64,000 nt of DNA from Phyllobates terribilis (lineage: Eukaryota): assembly GCF_046119375.1 (NCBI RefSeq), contig NW_027362762.1, positions 963,542,001-963,606,000 on the forward strand, in the 5' to 3' direction. The notes below the pieces were generated by a model. It was not told where the DNA came from and made no database searches. It saw only the letters and a list, made by a program, of their open reading frames with translations. How positions within the stretch are numbered: position 1 is the stretch's first letter; each line of letters starts with the position of its first letter. This document shows, piece after piece, positions 22,150 through 34,600 of this stretch. Both the position numbers and the translations under genes were made by a program.

Positions 22150-24120
22150 GAGGAGTCCTGCACCTACAGGAGGAGAGAGCTCAGCATCTACTGAGGAGAC
22201 CTGCACCTACAGGAGGAGAGAGCTCGTCATCCACCAAGGAGACCTGCACCTACAGGAGGAGAGAGCTCGTCATCCACCAAGGAGACCTGCACCTACAGGA
22301 GGAGAGAGCTCGTCATCTACCGAGGAGTCCTGCACCTACAGGAGGAGAGAGCTCGTCATCTACCGAGGAGTCCTGCACCTACAGGAGGAGAGAGCTCGTC
22401 ATCTACCGAGGAGTCCTGCACCTACAGGAGGAGAGAGCTCGTCATCTACCGAGGAGTCCTGCACCTACAGGAGGAGAGAGCTCGTCATCTACCGAGGAGT
22501 CCTGCACCTACAGGAGGAGAGAGCTCGTCATCTACCGAGGAGTCCTGCACCTACAGGAGGAGAGAGCTCGTCACCTACCGAGGAGTCCTGCACCTACAGG
22601 AGGAGAGAGCTCGTCACCTACCGAGGAGTCCTGCACCTACAGGAGGAGAGAGCTCGTCATCTACCGAGGAGCCCTGCACCTACAGGAGGAGAGAGCTCGT
22701 CATCCACCAAGGAGACCTGCACCTACAGGAGGAGAGAGCTCGTCATCCACCGAGGAGTCCTGCACCTACAGGAGGAGAGAGCTCGTCATCCACTAAGGAG
22801 ACCTGCACCTACAGGAGGAGAGAGCTCGTCATCTACCGAGGAGTCCTGCACCTACAGGAGGAGAGAGCTCGTCATCTACCGAGGAGCCCTGCACCTACAG
22901 GAGGAGAGAGCTCGTCATCCACCAAGGAGACCTGCACCTACAGGAGGAGAGAGCTCGTCATCTACCGAGGAGCCCTGCACCTACAGGAGGAGAGAGCTCG
23001 TCATCTACTAAGGAGCCCTGCACCTACAGGAGAGAGCTCAGCATCTACCGAGGAGCCCTGCACCTACAGGAGAGAGCTCAGCATCTACCGAGGAGTCCTG
23101 CACCTACAGGAGGAGAGAGCTCGTCATCCACCGAGGAGACCTGCACCTACAGGAGGAGAGAGCTCGTCATCCACCAAGGAGACCTGCACCTACAGGAGGA
23201 GAGAGCTCAGCATCCACCAAGGAGACCTGCACCTTCAGGAGGAGAGAGCTCGTCATCTACCGAGGAGTCCTGCACCTGCAGGAGGAGAGAGCTCGTCATC
23301 TACCGAGGAGTCCTGCACCTACAGGAGGAGAGAGCTCGTCATCTACCGAGGAGTCCTGCACCTACAGGAGGAGAGAGCTCGTCATCTACCGAGGAGCCCT
23401 GCACCTACAGGAGGAGAGAGCTCAGCATCTACCGAGGAATCCTGCACCTACAGGAGGAGAGAGCTCGTCATCCACCAAGGAGCCCTGCACCTACAGGAGG
23501 AGAGAGCTCGTCATCCACCGAGGAGCCCTGCACCTACAGGAGGAGAGAGCTCAGCATCTACCGAGGAGTCCTGCACCTACAGGAGGAGAGAGCTCGTCAT
23601 CTACCGAGGATTCCTGCACCTACAGGAGGAGAGAGCTCAGCATCTACCGAGGAGCCCTGCACCTACAGGAGGAGAGAGCTCAGCATCTACCGAGGAGCCC
23701 TGCACCTATAGGAGGAGAGAGCTCAGCATCTACCGAGGAGTCCTGCACCTACAGGAGGAGAGAGCTCGTCATCTACCGAGGATTCCTGCACCTACAGGAG
23801 GAGAGAGCTCAGCATCTACCGAGGAGTCCTGCACCTACAGGAGGAGTGAGCTCGTCATCTACCGAGGAGCCCTGCACCTACAGGAGGAGAGAGCTCAGCA
23901 TCTACCGAGGAGCCCTGCACCTACAGGAGGAGTGAGCTCGTCATCTACCGAGGAGCCCTGCACCTACAGGAGGAGAGAGCTCGTCATCCACCGAGGAGCC
24001 CTGCACCTACAGGAGGAGTGAGCTCGTCATCTACCGAGGAGCCCTGCACCTACAGGAGGAGAGAGCTCAGCATCTACCGAGGAGCCCTGCACCTACAGGA
24101 GGAGTGAGCTCAGCATCCAC
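22150..24120. repeat. 43-bp minisatellite (~45 copies)
   Basis: Unit cctgcacctacaggaggagagagctcgtcatctaccgaggagt. Confidence 0.95.
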
Positions 24121-26049
24121 CCAACACATCCTGAACGCCCAGTACTCACACAGGGGCCCCATAACAGAACAGACATACAGACCAAAGGCTGCAGCCTTCA
24201 CATCACAAACCAGGATGGAGGTTACCTCAGTATAAGGAGCCTGACAGCAAGCAGGGTCCCAGCAATCCCAGGTGACACGTGGATCCTAGATAGACACCAC
24301 TAGTCAGGGGTCCTCACCCCCCCCCCCCCCCGGCATGCTCCATTACTGGCTGATGCTTACAGATCCTGCAGCTCCCCTGTGCCGGTGTCATCTCTGCAGC
24401 CGATGAGTCACCAAATTTCCAAGCTGCTTCTCTAAAGAGGAAGCTGCAGATTGTGCAGGATTTCCACATACCGCGGAGCTGCACCCTCCCCTCCAGAAAT
24501 AGTCTCCAGCAGAGGGACCCCAATATCCCCCACACCCCCCGCAGTGTGTGACTTTGCTGCGAACAGGAGGACAAGACAAGGTCAAACGGGCATCACAAAG
24601 AAACTGCAGAAACTCACATCACCCAAGGGTAGAGAAAGGGTTAAGCTTCTTTTAAAGGGATCCTGCAATGTGGATTTGCTCCTTTAATTCTTTGCATCTT
24701 AGAGAGACCCCAATAAGACTGAACTGCAAACGCAATTGCACCCGCTAATCAACCAACCAAAAGGGCCAATAGAAAACCAAGGCCCCTATTATATTTTATT
24801 GTGTCCCCAATCCCTAAGCCCCAGTTACAGACTTATATTAGGGGGTCTTCAGAATTAGTCATCACTTTTCAATTCCCTGAGCAAGAGCTCTCACAACAGA
24901 CCCCATAATCCTCACAGCTGAGGTTTTGCTTCAAATCTCTCTCAATAATCCCCTATTAGATAGATTGTTATATTGTATTAGAATGATGCAATGTATCAGT
25001 GTCGGAAAGTGGAGGAACTATCTGGACAGGACAGAGATTCAGCTCACAGCGGAATAATATAAGCAGGAATATTCCCATTCACTGACAGCAAGCAGAGATC
25101 GTAACAAGGACCAGAAATGAAAATGCCAATTATATTAGAAAACCTCTGCAATGCAGGTCAGTGGGCTGCAGAGCAGAAATCAACAAGCAGCCCGAGACTT
25201 ATTATTCCACTGCACAGAGACAGGGTCAGCCCATCCCCCACGGTGACAGCGCAGGTGAGGTGTACAGGTAAAGTCTGACCTCACCTGTGTCAGCTGCAGC
25301 ATGCGGTGTGTGCACAGAACTGAGCAGAAGATACAACTAACAAGAATGTATCCGAATAATCAACAGGAGTGAAGGAGACATTAACCCTTTCCATGATCAC
25401 ACAGCCCTGATACGCTCCATAGCAGGCAGCACAACCATAAAGGAGCCACCTGCTGCAAGACTACAAGTCCCAGCAGTGCACGGCTTCCATGGCCAGAGTA
25501 GTAATGAATACCGATGCCACAGTGGCGTCCCCTCCGCACCAGTACTCACAGTCAGGATCCACCGGTATGAATGGAGACCTCAGGGTGAGATCAGCTGCAG
25601 GAGTCACATGAGGAGCTGCACACTTCCCTGTTCACTGCTCAGCTGACCGGTCACCTGACTGTGAGCACAACCTCACTGAGCCAGATGAATCCTCCTCCTC
25701 CTCCTCTGTGCAGGAGAATCTGCTGCTCCACAAAGTACAAGGGAACCAACAGAATAATTCCTTGACTGTGCGCCGCCACTTTAAGAAGACAAAGATTTCT
25801 ACAGAGTGACAATGTAATCTCCAGGGAAAAAGAGACAAACCCCAAGATCAAAGTCAAACTGCCCCCTAGAACATGACCACCTGCACAGCATCAGCCCTGC
25901 AGCCCTAACCCACTGAGACCCCCGACCCCACAATGTAGTGAACGCAGGCATACACGACCGGGATGCTCTGCGTATACTGCCCCCTCTATAGGAGTCAATT
26001 CTCACACACATCAAGGAGCCTCTGCTGCCCCTGCACTGACTGTACTAAC

Positions 26050-27600
26050 CGCGAGCAGCCCCACCACATACCGGGAACCCCCCGCATACCAGGAACCCCC
26101 CACAAGACCCGGCCGCATACCGAGAAACCCCCCCCCCCCACAAGACCCGGCCGCATACCGAGAACCCCCCCCCCCCCCACAAGACCCGGCGAAATACCGA
26201 GAACCCCCCCCCCGCACGACCCAGCCGCAAACCGAGAACCCCCCCCCCCCCCGCAAGACCCGGCCGCATACCGGGAACCCCCCCCCCCGCAAGATCCGGC
26301 CGCATACCGGGAACCCCCCCCCCCCACAAGACCCGGCGAAATACCGAGAACCCCCCCCCCCCCGCACGACCCGGCCGCAAACCGAGAACCCCCCCCCCGC
26401 AAGACCAGGCCGCATACCGGGAACCCCCCCCCCCCGCAAGACCCGGCCGCATATCGGGAACCCCCCCCCCCGCAAGACCCGGCCGCATACCGGGAACCCC
26501 CCACCACAAGACCCGGCCGCATACCGAGAAACACCCCCCCCCCCCACAAGACCCGGCCGCATACCGGGGAACCCCCCCCCCCCCGCAAGACCCGGCCGCA
26601 TACCGAGAACCCCCCCCCCCCCCCGCAAGACCCGGCCGCATACCGGGAAACCCCCCCCCCCACAAGACCCGGCCGCATACCGGGAAACCCCCCCCCCCCA
26701 CAAGACCCGGCCGCATACCGGGAAACCCCCCCCCCCCACAAGACCCGGCCGCATACCAGGAAACCCCCCCCCCACAAGACCTGGCCGCATACCGGGAACC
26801 CCCTCCCCCTACAAGATCCGGCCGCATACCGGGAACCCCCCCCCCGCAAGACCCGGCTGCATACCGGGAACCCCCCCCCAAAAGACCCAGCCGCATACCG
26901 AGAAAACCCCCCCCCGCAAGACCCGGCTGCATACCGGGAAGCCCCCCCCGCAAGACCCGGCCGCATACCGGGACCCCCCCCCCCCAAAAGACCCAGCCGC
27001 ATACCGAGAAACCCCCCCCCCCACAAGACCCGGCCGCATGCCGAGAAACCCCCCCCCCCCAAGACCCGGCCGCATACCGGGAAACCCCCCCCCCCCCAAG
27101 ACCCGGCCGCATACCGGGAAACCCCCCCCCCAAGACCCGGCCTCATACCGGGAAACCCCCCCCCCCCCAAGACCCGGCCGCATACCGGGAAACCCCCCCC
27201 CCCCCCCCCCCACAAGACTCGGCCGCATACCGGGAAACCCCCCCCCACAAGACCCGGCCGCATACCGGGAAACCCCCCCCCCACAAGACCCGGCCGCATA
27301 CCGGGAACCCCCCCCCCACAAGACCCGGCCGCATACCGGGAACCCCCCCCCACAAGACCCGGCCGCATACCGGGAGACCCCCCCCCCACAAGACCGGGCC
27401 GCATATCGGGACCCCCCTCCCTCAAGACCCGGCCGCATACCAGGAAACCCCCCCCCACAAGACCTGGCCGCATACCGGGAACCCCCTCCCCCTACAAGAT
27501 CCGGCACATACCTTGTACCTCCCCACAGTACCTGCTGTATAACTTATACCCCCCCCCCACAAGACCTGTCGTATACCAGGAACCCCCCTACAAGACCCGG
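26050..27600. repeat. ~30-35-bp minisatellite with a variable poly-C run
   Basis: Unit caagacccggccgcataccgggaa(c)n; G-run rich on the ATP6V1A sense strand. Confidence 0.93.
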
Positions 27601-28524
27601 TGCATAGTCTCGGCCTGGTCTGTGGATCCCCCGCTCTCTGAGCGGTGCCATCAGATCTGTCACTCACAGCCTGAACTTTCTGGGAATCTCGGCAGATCTC
27701 CACACTGCACGTGCTCCTGTGCGACATCACATGGGGGGGGATTCCTGGGGGCCGCATTCCTCACAGCGCAGATAATGGAGACATTGTGGCGTTGTCACCC
27801 GACCACGGAAAACGATTTCCTAATGCCCCTTATGTAAAAGACGACTCATCACTGTGGGATGAACGCTCCGCAGCGCTCGCTGCCCATGTCACCGGACTCC
27901 TCACCTCTTCTTGCTGTCAGTGAATTGATCCATCTGGTGCACAGAGGAGCCGGAGACTCGGCATCAGAGCGCGGCCCCTATAATGATGCGTGTGCTGGAT
28001 GCGACCAGGACGTCCACTACAACAGCAGAAGCGGGTTACATAAGGGGGGACACCGCCGATACTGAGAGATCCAGCCCCGGGGGGCGTCAAGCCCCTGCAG
28101 AGGATTGTAGGAAGACTCAGCGCAAGACCGCAGGAGAGTCCAGGTGACACCAGACCCCCCGGCCGCGGTATCACAGGGACCCCGCAGGAGCTCGGCCCCA
28201 TCATATTATTTGCAGTAATGTTCTTTCATAGGGAGTAGAAGGCCGGAACCGCTGTGACCCCGAGCCCCCGACGTTACCCCCCCGAGACCCCTACTATACA
28301 GTAAATATTACACAAGGCCCCTGACCTGTAATATACGGGATATATAACATTATATTCCCTCCGCTGCACGGCGCCTTATACCGCCCCTCCCCCACTAATA
28401 CTGAGAAGAGCCGCGAGCTGTAATCAGCGGCCGCCGTCCTCTAATCACCCGGAGATCAGTCACCCGAGACCGGAACAGGCGGAGAACCGCCGCCATCTAC
28501 ACCGAGGATTATAAGAATATAACG

Positions 28525-31015
28525 GACGAGGGATCTAATACTACAATGTACAGTGTCATCTACCGGACGGGGGATCTAATACTACAATGTACAGTGCGAT
28601 CTACCGGACGGGGGATCTAATACTACAATGTACAGTGCGATCTACCGGACGGGGGATCTAATACTACAATGTACAGTGCGATCTACCGGACGGGGGATCT
28701 AATACTACAATGTACAGTGCGATCTACCGGACGGGGGATCTAATACTACAATGTACAGTGCGATCTACCGGACGGGGGATCTAATAATACAATGTACAGT
28801 GCGATCTACCGGACGGGGGATCTAATAATACAATGTACAGTGCGATCTACCGGACGGGGGATCTAATAATACAATGTACAGTGCGATCTACCGGACGGGG
28901 GATCTAATAATACAATGTACAGTGCGATCTACCGGACGGGGGATCTAATAATACAATGTACAGTGCGATCTACCGGACGGGGGATCTAATAATACAATGT
29001 ACAGTGCGATCTACCGGACGGGGGATCTAATAATACAATGTACAGTGCGATCTACCGGACGGGGGATCTAATAATACAATGTACAGTGCGATCTACCGGA
29101 CGGGGGATCTAATAATACAATGTACAGTGCGATCTACCGGACGGGGGATCTAATAATACAATCTACAGTGCGATCTACCGGACGGGGGATCTAATAATAC
29201 AATCTACAGTGCGATCTACCGGACGGGGGATCTAATAATACAATCTACAGTGCGATCTACCGGACGGGGGATCTAATAATACAATCTACAGTGCGATCTA
29301 CCGGACGGGGGATCTAATAATACAATCTACAGTGCGATCTACCGGACGGGGGATCTAATAATACAATCTACAGTGCGATCTACCGGACGGGGGATCTAAT
29401 AATACAATCTACAGTGCGATCTACCGGACGGGGGATCTAATAATACAATCTACAGTGCGATCTACCGGACGGGGGATCTAATAATACAATCTACAGTGCG
29501 ATCTACCGGACGGGGGATCTAATAATACAATCTACAGTGCGATCTACCGGACGGGGGATCTAATAATACAATCTACAGTGCGATCTACCGGACGGGGGAT
29601 CTAATAATACAATCTACAGTGCGATCTACCGGACGGGGGATCTAATAATACAATCTACAGTGCGATCTACCGGACGGGGGATCTAATAATACAATCTACA
29701 GTGCGATCTACCGGACGGGGGATCTAATAATACAATCTACAGTGCGATCTACCGGACGGGGGATCTAATAATACAATCTACAGTGCGATCTACCGGACGG
29801 GGGATCTAATAATACAATCTACAGTGCGATCTACCGGACGGGGGATCTAATAATACAATCTACAGTGCGATCTACCGGACGGGGCATCTAATAATACAAT
29901 CTACAGTGCGATCTACCGGACGGGGGATCTAATAATACAATCTACAGTGCGATCTACCGGACGGGGGATCTAATAATACAATCTACAGTGCGATCTACCG
30001 GACGGGGATCTAATAATACAATGTACAGTGCGATCTACCGGACTGGGGATCTAATAATACAATGTACGGTGCGATCTACCGGACTGGGGATCTAATAATA
30101 CAATGTACGGTGCGATCTACCGGACTGGGGATCTAATAATACAATGTACGGTGCGATCTACCGGACTGGGGATCTAATAATACAATGTACGGTGCGATCT
30201 ACCGGACTGGGGATCTAATAATACAATGTACGGTGCGATCTACCGGACTGGGGATCTAATAATACAATGTACGGTGCGATCTACCGGACTGGGGATCTAA
30301 TAATACAATGTACGGTGCGATCTACCGGACTGGGGATCTAATAATACAATGTACGGTGCGATCTACCGGACTGGGGATCTAATAATACAATGTACGGTGC
30401 GATCTACCGGACTGGGGATCTAATAATACAATGTACGGTGCGATCTACCGGACTGGGGATCTAATAATACAATGTACGGTGCGATCTACCGGACTGGGGA
30501 TCTAATAATACAATGTACGGTGCGATCTACCGGACTGGGGATCTAATAATACAATGTACGGTGCGATCTACCGGACTGGGGATCTAATAATACAATGTAA
30601 GGTGCGATCTACCGGACTGGGGATCTAATAATACAATGTACGGTGCGATCTACCGGACGGGGGATCTAATAATACAATGTACGGTGCGATCTACCGGACG
30701 GGGGATCTAATAATACAATGTACAGTGCGATCTACCGGACGGGGGATCTAATAATACAATGTACAGTGCGATCTACCGGACGGGGGATCTAATAATACAA
30801 TGTACAGTGCGATCTACCGGACGGAGGATCTAATAATACAATGTACAGGGCGACCTACCGGACGGGGGATCTAATAATACAATGTACAGTGCGATCTACC
30901 GGACGGGGGATCTAATAATACAATGTACAGTGCGATCTACCGGACTGGGGATCTAATAATACAATGTACAGTGCGACCTACCGGACAGGGGATCTAATAA
31001 TACAATGTACAGTGT
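28525..31015. repeat. 41-bp minisatellite (~60 copies) at the start of ATP6V1A intron 1
   Basis: Unit atctaataatacaatgtacagtgcgatctaccggacggggg. Confidence 0.96.
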
Positions 31016-31209
31016 GATATAATAATAATATAACGGCCGGTATTATTATATAATGGAGGGTTAGATATAATAATATGTACGGTGGGGGGTGGGGTTATAA
31101 CCCGGGGGGCGGCAGTGTGTGCTCGCAGTCTCCGGTGGTGATGGCCGCCCTCCTCCTCTCGGGCAGTGATGGAGCTCCCTCCGGTGACACCCACCTGTCA
31201 GCCGCTCAC

Positions 31210-31385
31210 CTGCCGCAGGTCGCTCCGCTGCTCCGTGTCTCAGGCCCGGCAGTAATGACGGCTCCTCTCCTCGTACTGCAGCAGCAGCAGCAGCTCCCGG
31301 CCGTCATTGATCAGCTGACCGCGCCTCCCTCACGTAACATCGCGATGGAAGCCTGGAAGGAGCGCCCGCCATCTTGGATGAGGGT
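31210..31385 (-). other. ATP6V1A: Probable non-coding exon 1 of ATP6V1A (TSS position approximate)
   Basis: CpG-rich stretch ending in CAG|GTGAGC at 31210/31209, downstream of a housekeeping-type motif cluster. Assignment to ATP6V1A is inferred: it is the nearest same-strand promoter upstream of the first coding exon, which has a splice acceptor. Confidence 0.6.
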
Positions 31386-31480
31386 CATCTGCCAGTCAAT
31401 AGAGGCCCGACGCGTGACGTCAGACACATGTGTTCTCTGTGCTCTGATTGGCTGCACACCGGAAGTAGCGCGCCCTCCCT
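31320..31480 (-). promoter_or_regulatory. CpG promoter with YY1, CRE, CCAAT and ETS motifs
   Basis: CGCCATCTTG (YY1, 31367-31376), TGACGTCA (CRE, 31415-31422), ATTGG (31447-31451), CCGGAAGT (ETS/GABP, 31459-31466). Confidence 0.65.
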
Positions 31481-31728
31481 TCTCCAGAGCTCCCAACCAC
31501 CTGACTTTTTATTTTTTTCTGAACATTTTATCAAAGAATCCAAGACAGACACATTGGAAAGCCATAATAATTAATGTGAATATAAGTGATCTGTGTCTCC
31601 GGCCCATAATATGAGACATCAGTGCCTTCACTGTAAAATGATAATTGCAGTCAGAATAAGACTAAACAAGTTTCTTCAACCTCCAAAATATCACAGACGC
31701 CTTAAAAAGTGCCGTGTTCCTGGAATTT

Positions 31729-31787
31729 CTGGCAACCTCGCCCCTAGCAACCGCTCCTGGCTCAGAGTTACGGTTGCTATGGGCAAC
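31729..31787. promoter_or_regulatory. Cluster of RFX X-box-like motifs
   Basis: CTGGCAAC (31729-31736), CCCTAGCAACC (31742-31752) and near-palindromic GTTGCTATGGGCAAC (31773-31787). Confidence 0.45.
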
Positions 31788-31959
31788 TGCTCCCCTCATA
31801 CCAACTAATATATATCGATTCATTTTTTTTTTAAGTTTTTACTGTTTTAAGGGACCAAAACCTGCGGCCGTTCTTCTCACTGCGATAGAGAAGAATTTCT
31901 GTCCAGAAATAGAAGAAACAATGGTCTCCGATGAAGTCCGCCATTGTGTACCAAGATGG

Positions 31960-32218
31960 CGGCGATGAGGCCCTTCAGTAGATCCCCTGCTACCATGGCC
32001 ATCTACTGGCGTGCCACAACCGCGGCTGAGCGAAGGAACGGTCTCTCCACTAAAAAACTGCTGTCAGAGATTGATAGCGGCATTTAAGAGGTTAATCGGC
32101 ATTGATCGCAGCTCTCGCGCTGACCACAGAGGTGTCTAGCAGCGCCTGCACCGTACACCCGCACCCCACGTGTCACGTATATCAGGTATATGTACAGCAC
32201 CCGTTCACAAGGGGTTAA
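31960..32218 (-). mobile_element. Truncated terminus of a related TTAA-CCCCTT element
   Basis: Minus strand reads TTAACCCCTTGTG...ttaacctcttaaatgccgctatcaatctct, similar to the fragment at 55207-55320. Confidence 0.4.
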
Positions 32219-32498
32219 CTTTAAAGTATAATTTCTTTTTTTTACATGATAATATATTGAAAAAATAAAAAGCTTTTTTTATTTACATTTTGTACACTTC
32301 AGTATCACGGTGTATTATACCTGTGAGACTAACCAGGATTTTTATTTCATACATCAATAGTGCACATGAAAATAAGAAACTTTTTAATACGTCTTATCAG
32401 AGAGATCTGCTTCTATCTCCTCCAGGACTGATCATTCACTTTGAATTTATTGGTAAAATCTTTGTTCAGTGAAGTCATATTTTCCCCTTAACACCTAA

Positions 32499-33330
32499 GA
32501 CCTCATTAACAGGTCAGTGTGTCCGGTACGTGTGGTGTCCATTTCCACACCTACTGGAGTCACTGACACACATAGACCCATTCAAATGAATCAGTCTGTG
32601 CACATGTCAATGTGTTTGCACGGACCGTGTGTCCGTGGGCAAAACACCCTGACATGTCCATATTTTACACGCTGCACGGGCCCCCAAAAGGTCCCACGCT
32701 GATGACACACGGATGACATCCGTGTGTCATCAGTATCACACGTACCGGCGCCTGGGAATCAGCGGTACAGTCAGCAATGTTCCCAAACGCCGGGTGCTGA
32801 AGGCAAGTCTCATCATTGTCCCCTGCTTGCCCTGCGATCAGCGCCAGCAGGGGACAATGCTGACAGTTGTATTCTGCCCCCGTTGTGTCCAGAAAGTGTA
32901 AAGATAAGAATAAGATAAAAAATCCTTATACTCACCTGTCCGAAGTTGAAAAAATCAAGTGCCCCACGCTGTAATCCATCTGACCGACAGACGACCACAC
33001 GCTGAGGAGCAGAGCAGAATGACTCGCTGCAGCGAGTGTGCCCCTGACCTGCACTGAGCTAAGTGAGTGGTCGGTCGCCTGTCCGTCGCCTGTCGGTCAG
33101 ATGGATTACAGCTGATTGCAGCGCAAGCAGGGGTCAATGATGAGAGATTCCTTCAGCACCTGGCGCCTGGGAACAGCTCGAAATGTACCTCTTATTCCCA
33201 GGCGCCGGTATATGTGATCCTGTTGCGGCACACTGTTGCCACACATATGCCGCACAGGTAGACACGGACACGGATATCTCTGGTACTGTTTTTTCCAGTA
33301 CCAGAAATATCAGAACTTGTGAAAGAGCCC
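32499..33330. mobile_element. PIF/Harbinger-like MITE nested in the left terminus of the TTAA element
   Basis: taa|gacctcattaac...gtgaaagagccc|tta imperfect TIRs with TWA flanks; internal inverted segments. Confidence 0.45.
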
Positions 33331-33749
33331 TTAGTGACGGAGCAAATTAAGTCCTTCCACAAAAATGATCTTTTAGCCCCATTTTTTTTTCATTTTCACA
33401 AGGGTAAGAGGAGAAAATGGACCCCAAAAATTGTTGAGCAATTTATCCTGAGTACACCGATACCCCATATGTGGGGGAAATACAGTGTTTGGGTGCACGG
33501 CAGAGTTCAGAAGGGAAGGAGCACTGTGTGACTGTTTGAACGCAAAATTGGCTGGAATCGAGAGCTGACGCCATGTCGCATTTGGAGAGCCCCTGATGCG
33601 CCTAAACAGTGGAAACCCCCCACAAGTGACCCCATTTTAGAAACTAGACCACTAAAGGATTTTATCAAAGGGTATAGTGAACATTTTGAACCCACAGGTA
33701 CGACACAGAATTTGATAACATTAGGTCAGCATACTTAATAAGTTGTTAT

Positions 33750-34049
33750 TAGTGTTGAGCGCAAGTGCTCTCTACTTGAGTTTGCATCGAGTACTCGGGT
33801 ATGCACCATGTATCACGGGTGCTCGAGTGACATGCTCGAGTCCCTACCCCGCATGTTTCATGGTTGTTAGACACCCAAAAAAAAACACGCGGGGATAGCT
33901 CGTGTATGGCAGGCAATCCATGCAACTTTTTTTGGCCACAAAGCATATGGGGCGGAGACTCGAGCATGTCACTCGAACACCCCCGATACTCAGTGCATAC
34001 CCGAGCACCCGATGCAAACTCAAGTAGCGAGCACTTGCGCTCAACACTA
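33750..34049. mobile_element. ~300-bp palindromic MITE (AGTGTTGAGCGCAAGTGCTC termini)
   Basis: 5' agtgttgagcgcaagtgctctctacttgagtttgcatc is the reverse complement of 3' gatgcaaactcaagtagcgagcacttgcgctcaacact. Confidence 0.75.
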
Positions 34050-34094
34050 GTCGCCATATCATCATCATTTTTTTTTCTTTACTTTTCAAAAAAT

Positions 34095-34600
34095 CCAACC
34101 CCAACTCCAACCCAAACCCTAACCCTAACACAACATGAACCCCAACACAACCCTAATCCGAACCCTAACCACTACCCTAACCCCAACCACAACACAACCC
34201 TAACTCCAACCCTAACCCCAACCCTAACACAAACCTAACTCCAAACCTAACCCAACCACAACACAGACCTAACCCCAATCATAACACAACCCTAACACAA
34301 ACCTATCCCCAACCCTAACCCTATATCTAACACAACCCTAACCCCAACCCTAACACAAACCTAACCCCAAACCTAACCCAACCACAACACAGCCCTAACC
34401 CCAACCATAACACAAACCTAACCCCAAACCTAACCCAACCACAACACAACTCTAACCCCAACCCTAACACAAACCTAACCCCAACCATAACCCAACCACA
34501 ACACAACCCTAACCCCAACCTTAACACAAGCACAACCCTAACCCTAACACAACACTAACCCTAACACAGCCCTAACCCTAATCCTAACTCCAACCCTAAC
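34095..34600. repeat. Degenerate telomere-like (CCCTAA/CCCCAA/ACACAA) tract
   Basis: Many ccctaa and cctaac units interleaved with acacaa/ccacaa; C-rich on plus. Confidence 0.8.

Noticed and set aside
25963-27837. 624-aa proline-rich ORF and Gly-rich antisense ORFs
   Set aside because: They arise from the poly-C minisatellite; stop-poor composition and homopolymer-dependent frames.
27711-27923. 70-aa plus-strand ORF (GGIPGGRIPHSADNGDIV...)
   Set aside because: No recognisable homology, no plus-strand splice context, and a non-ATG start.
13165-31015. CRISPR-like appearance of regularly spaced 32-66-bp repeats
   Set aside because: Head-to-tail units with no unique spacers, no cas genes, and a eukaryotic intronic context.
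31952-31963. Perfect YY1 motif CAAGATGGCGGC on plus as a second promoter
   Set aside because: It lies at the edge of a transposon relic and lacks a surrounding CpG island or downstream donor.
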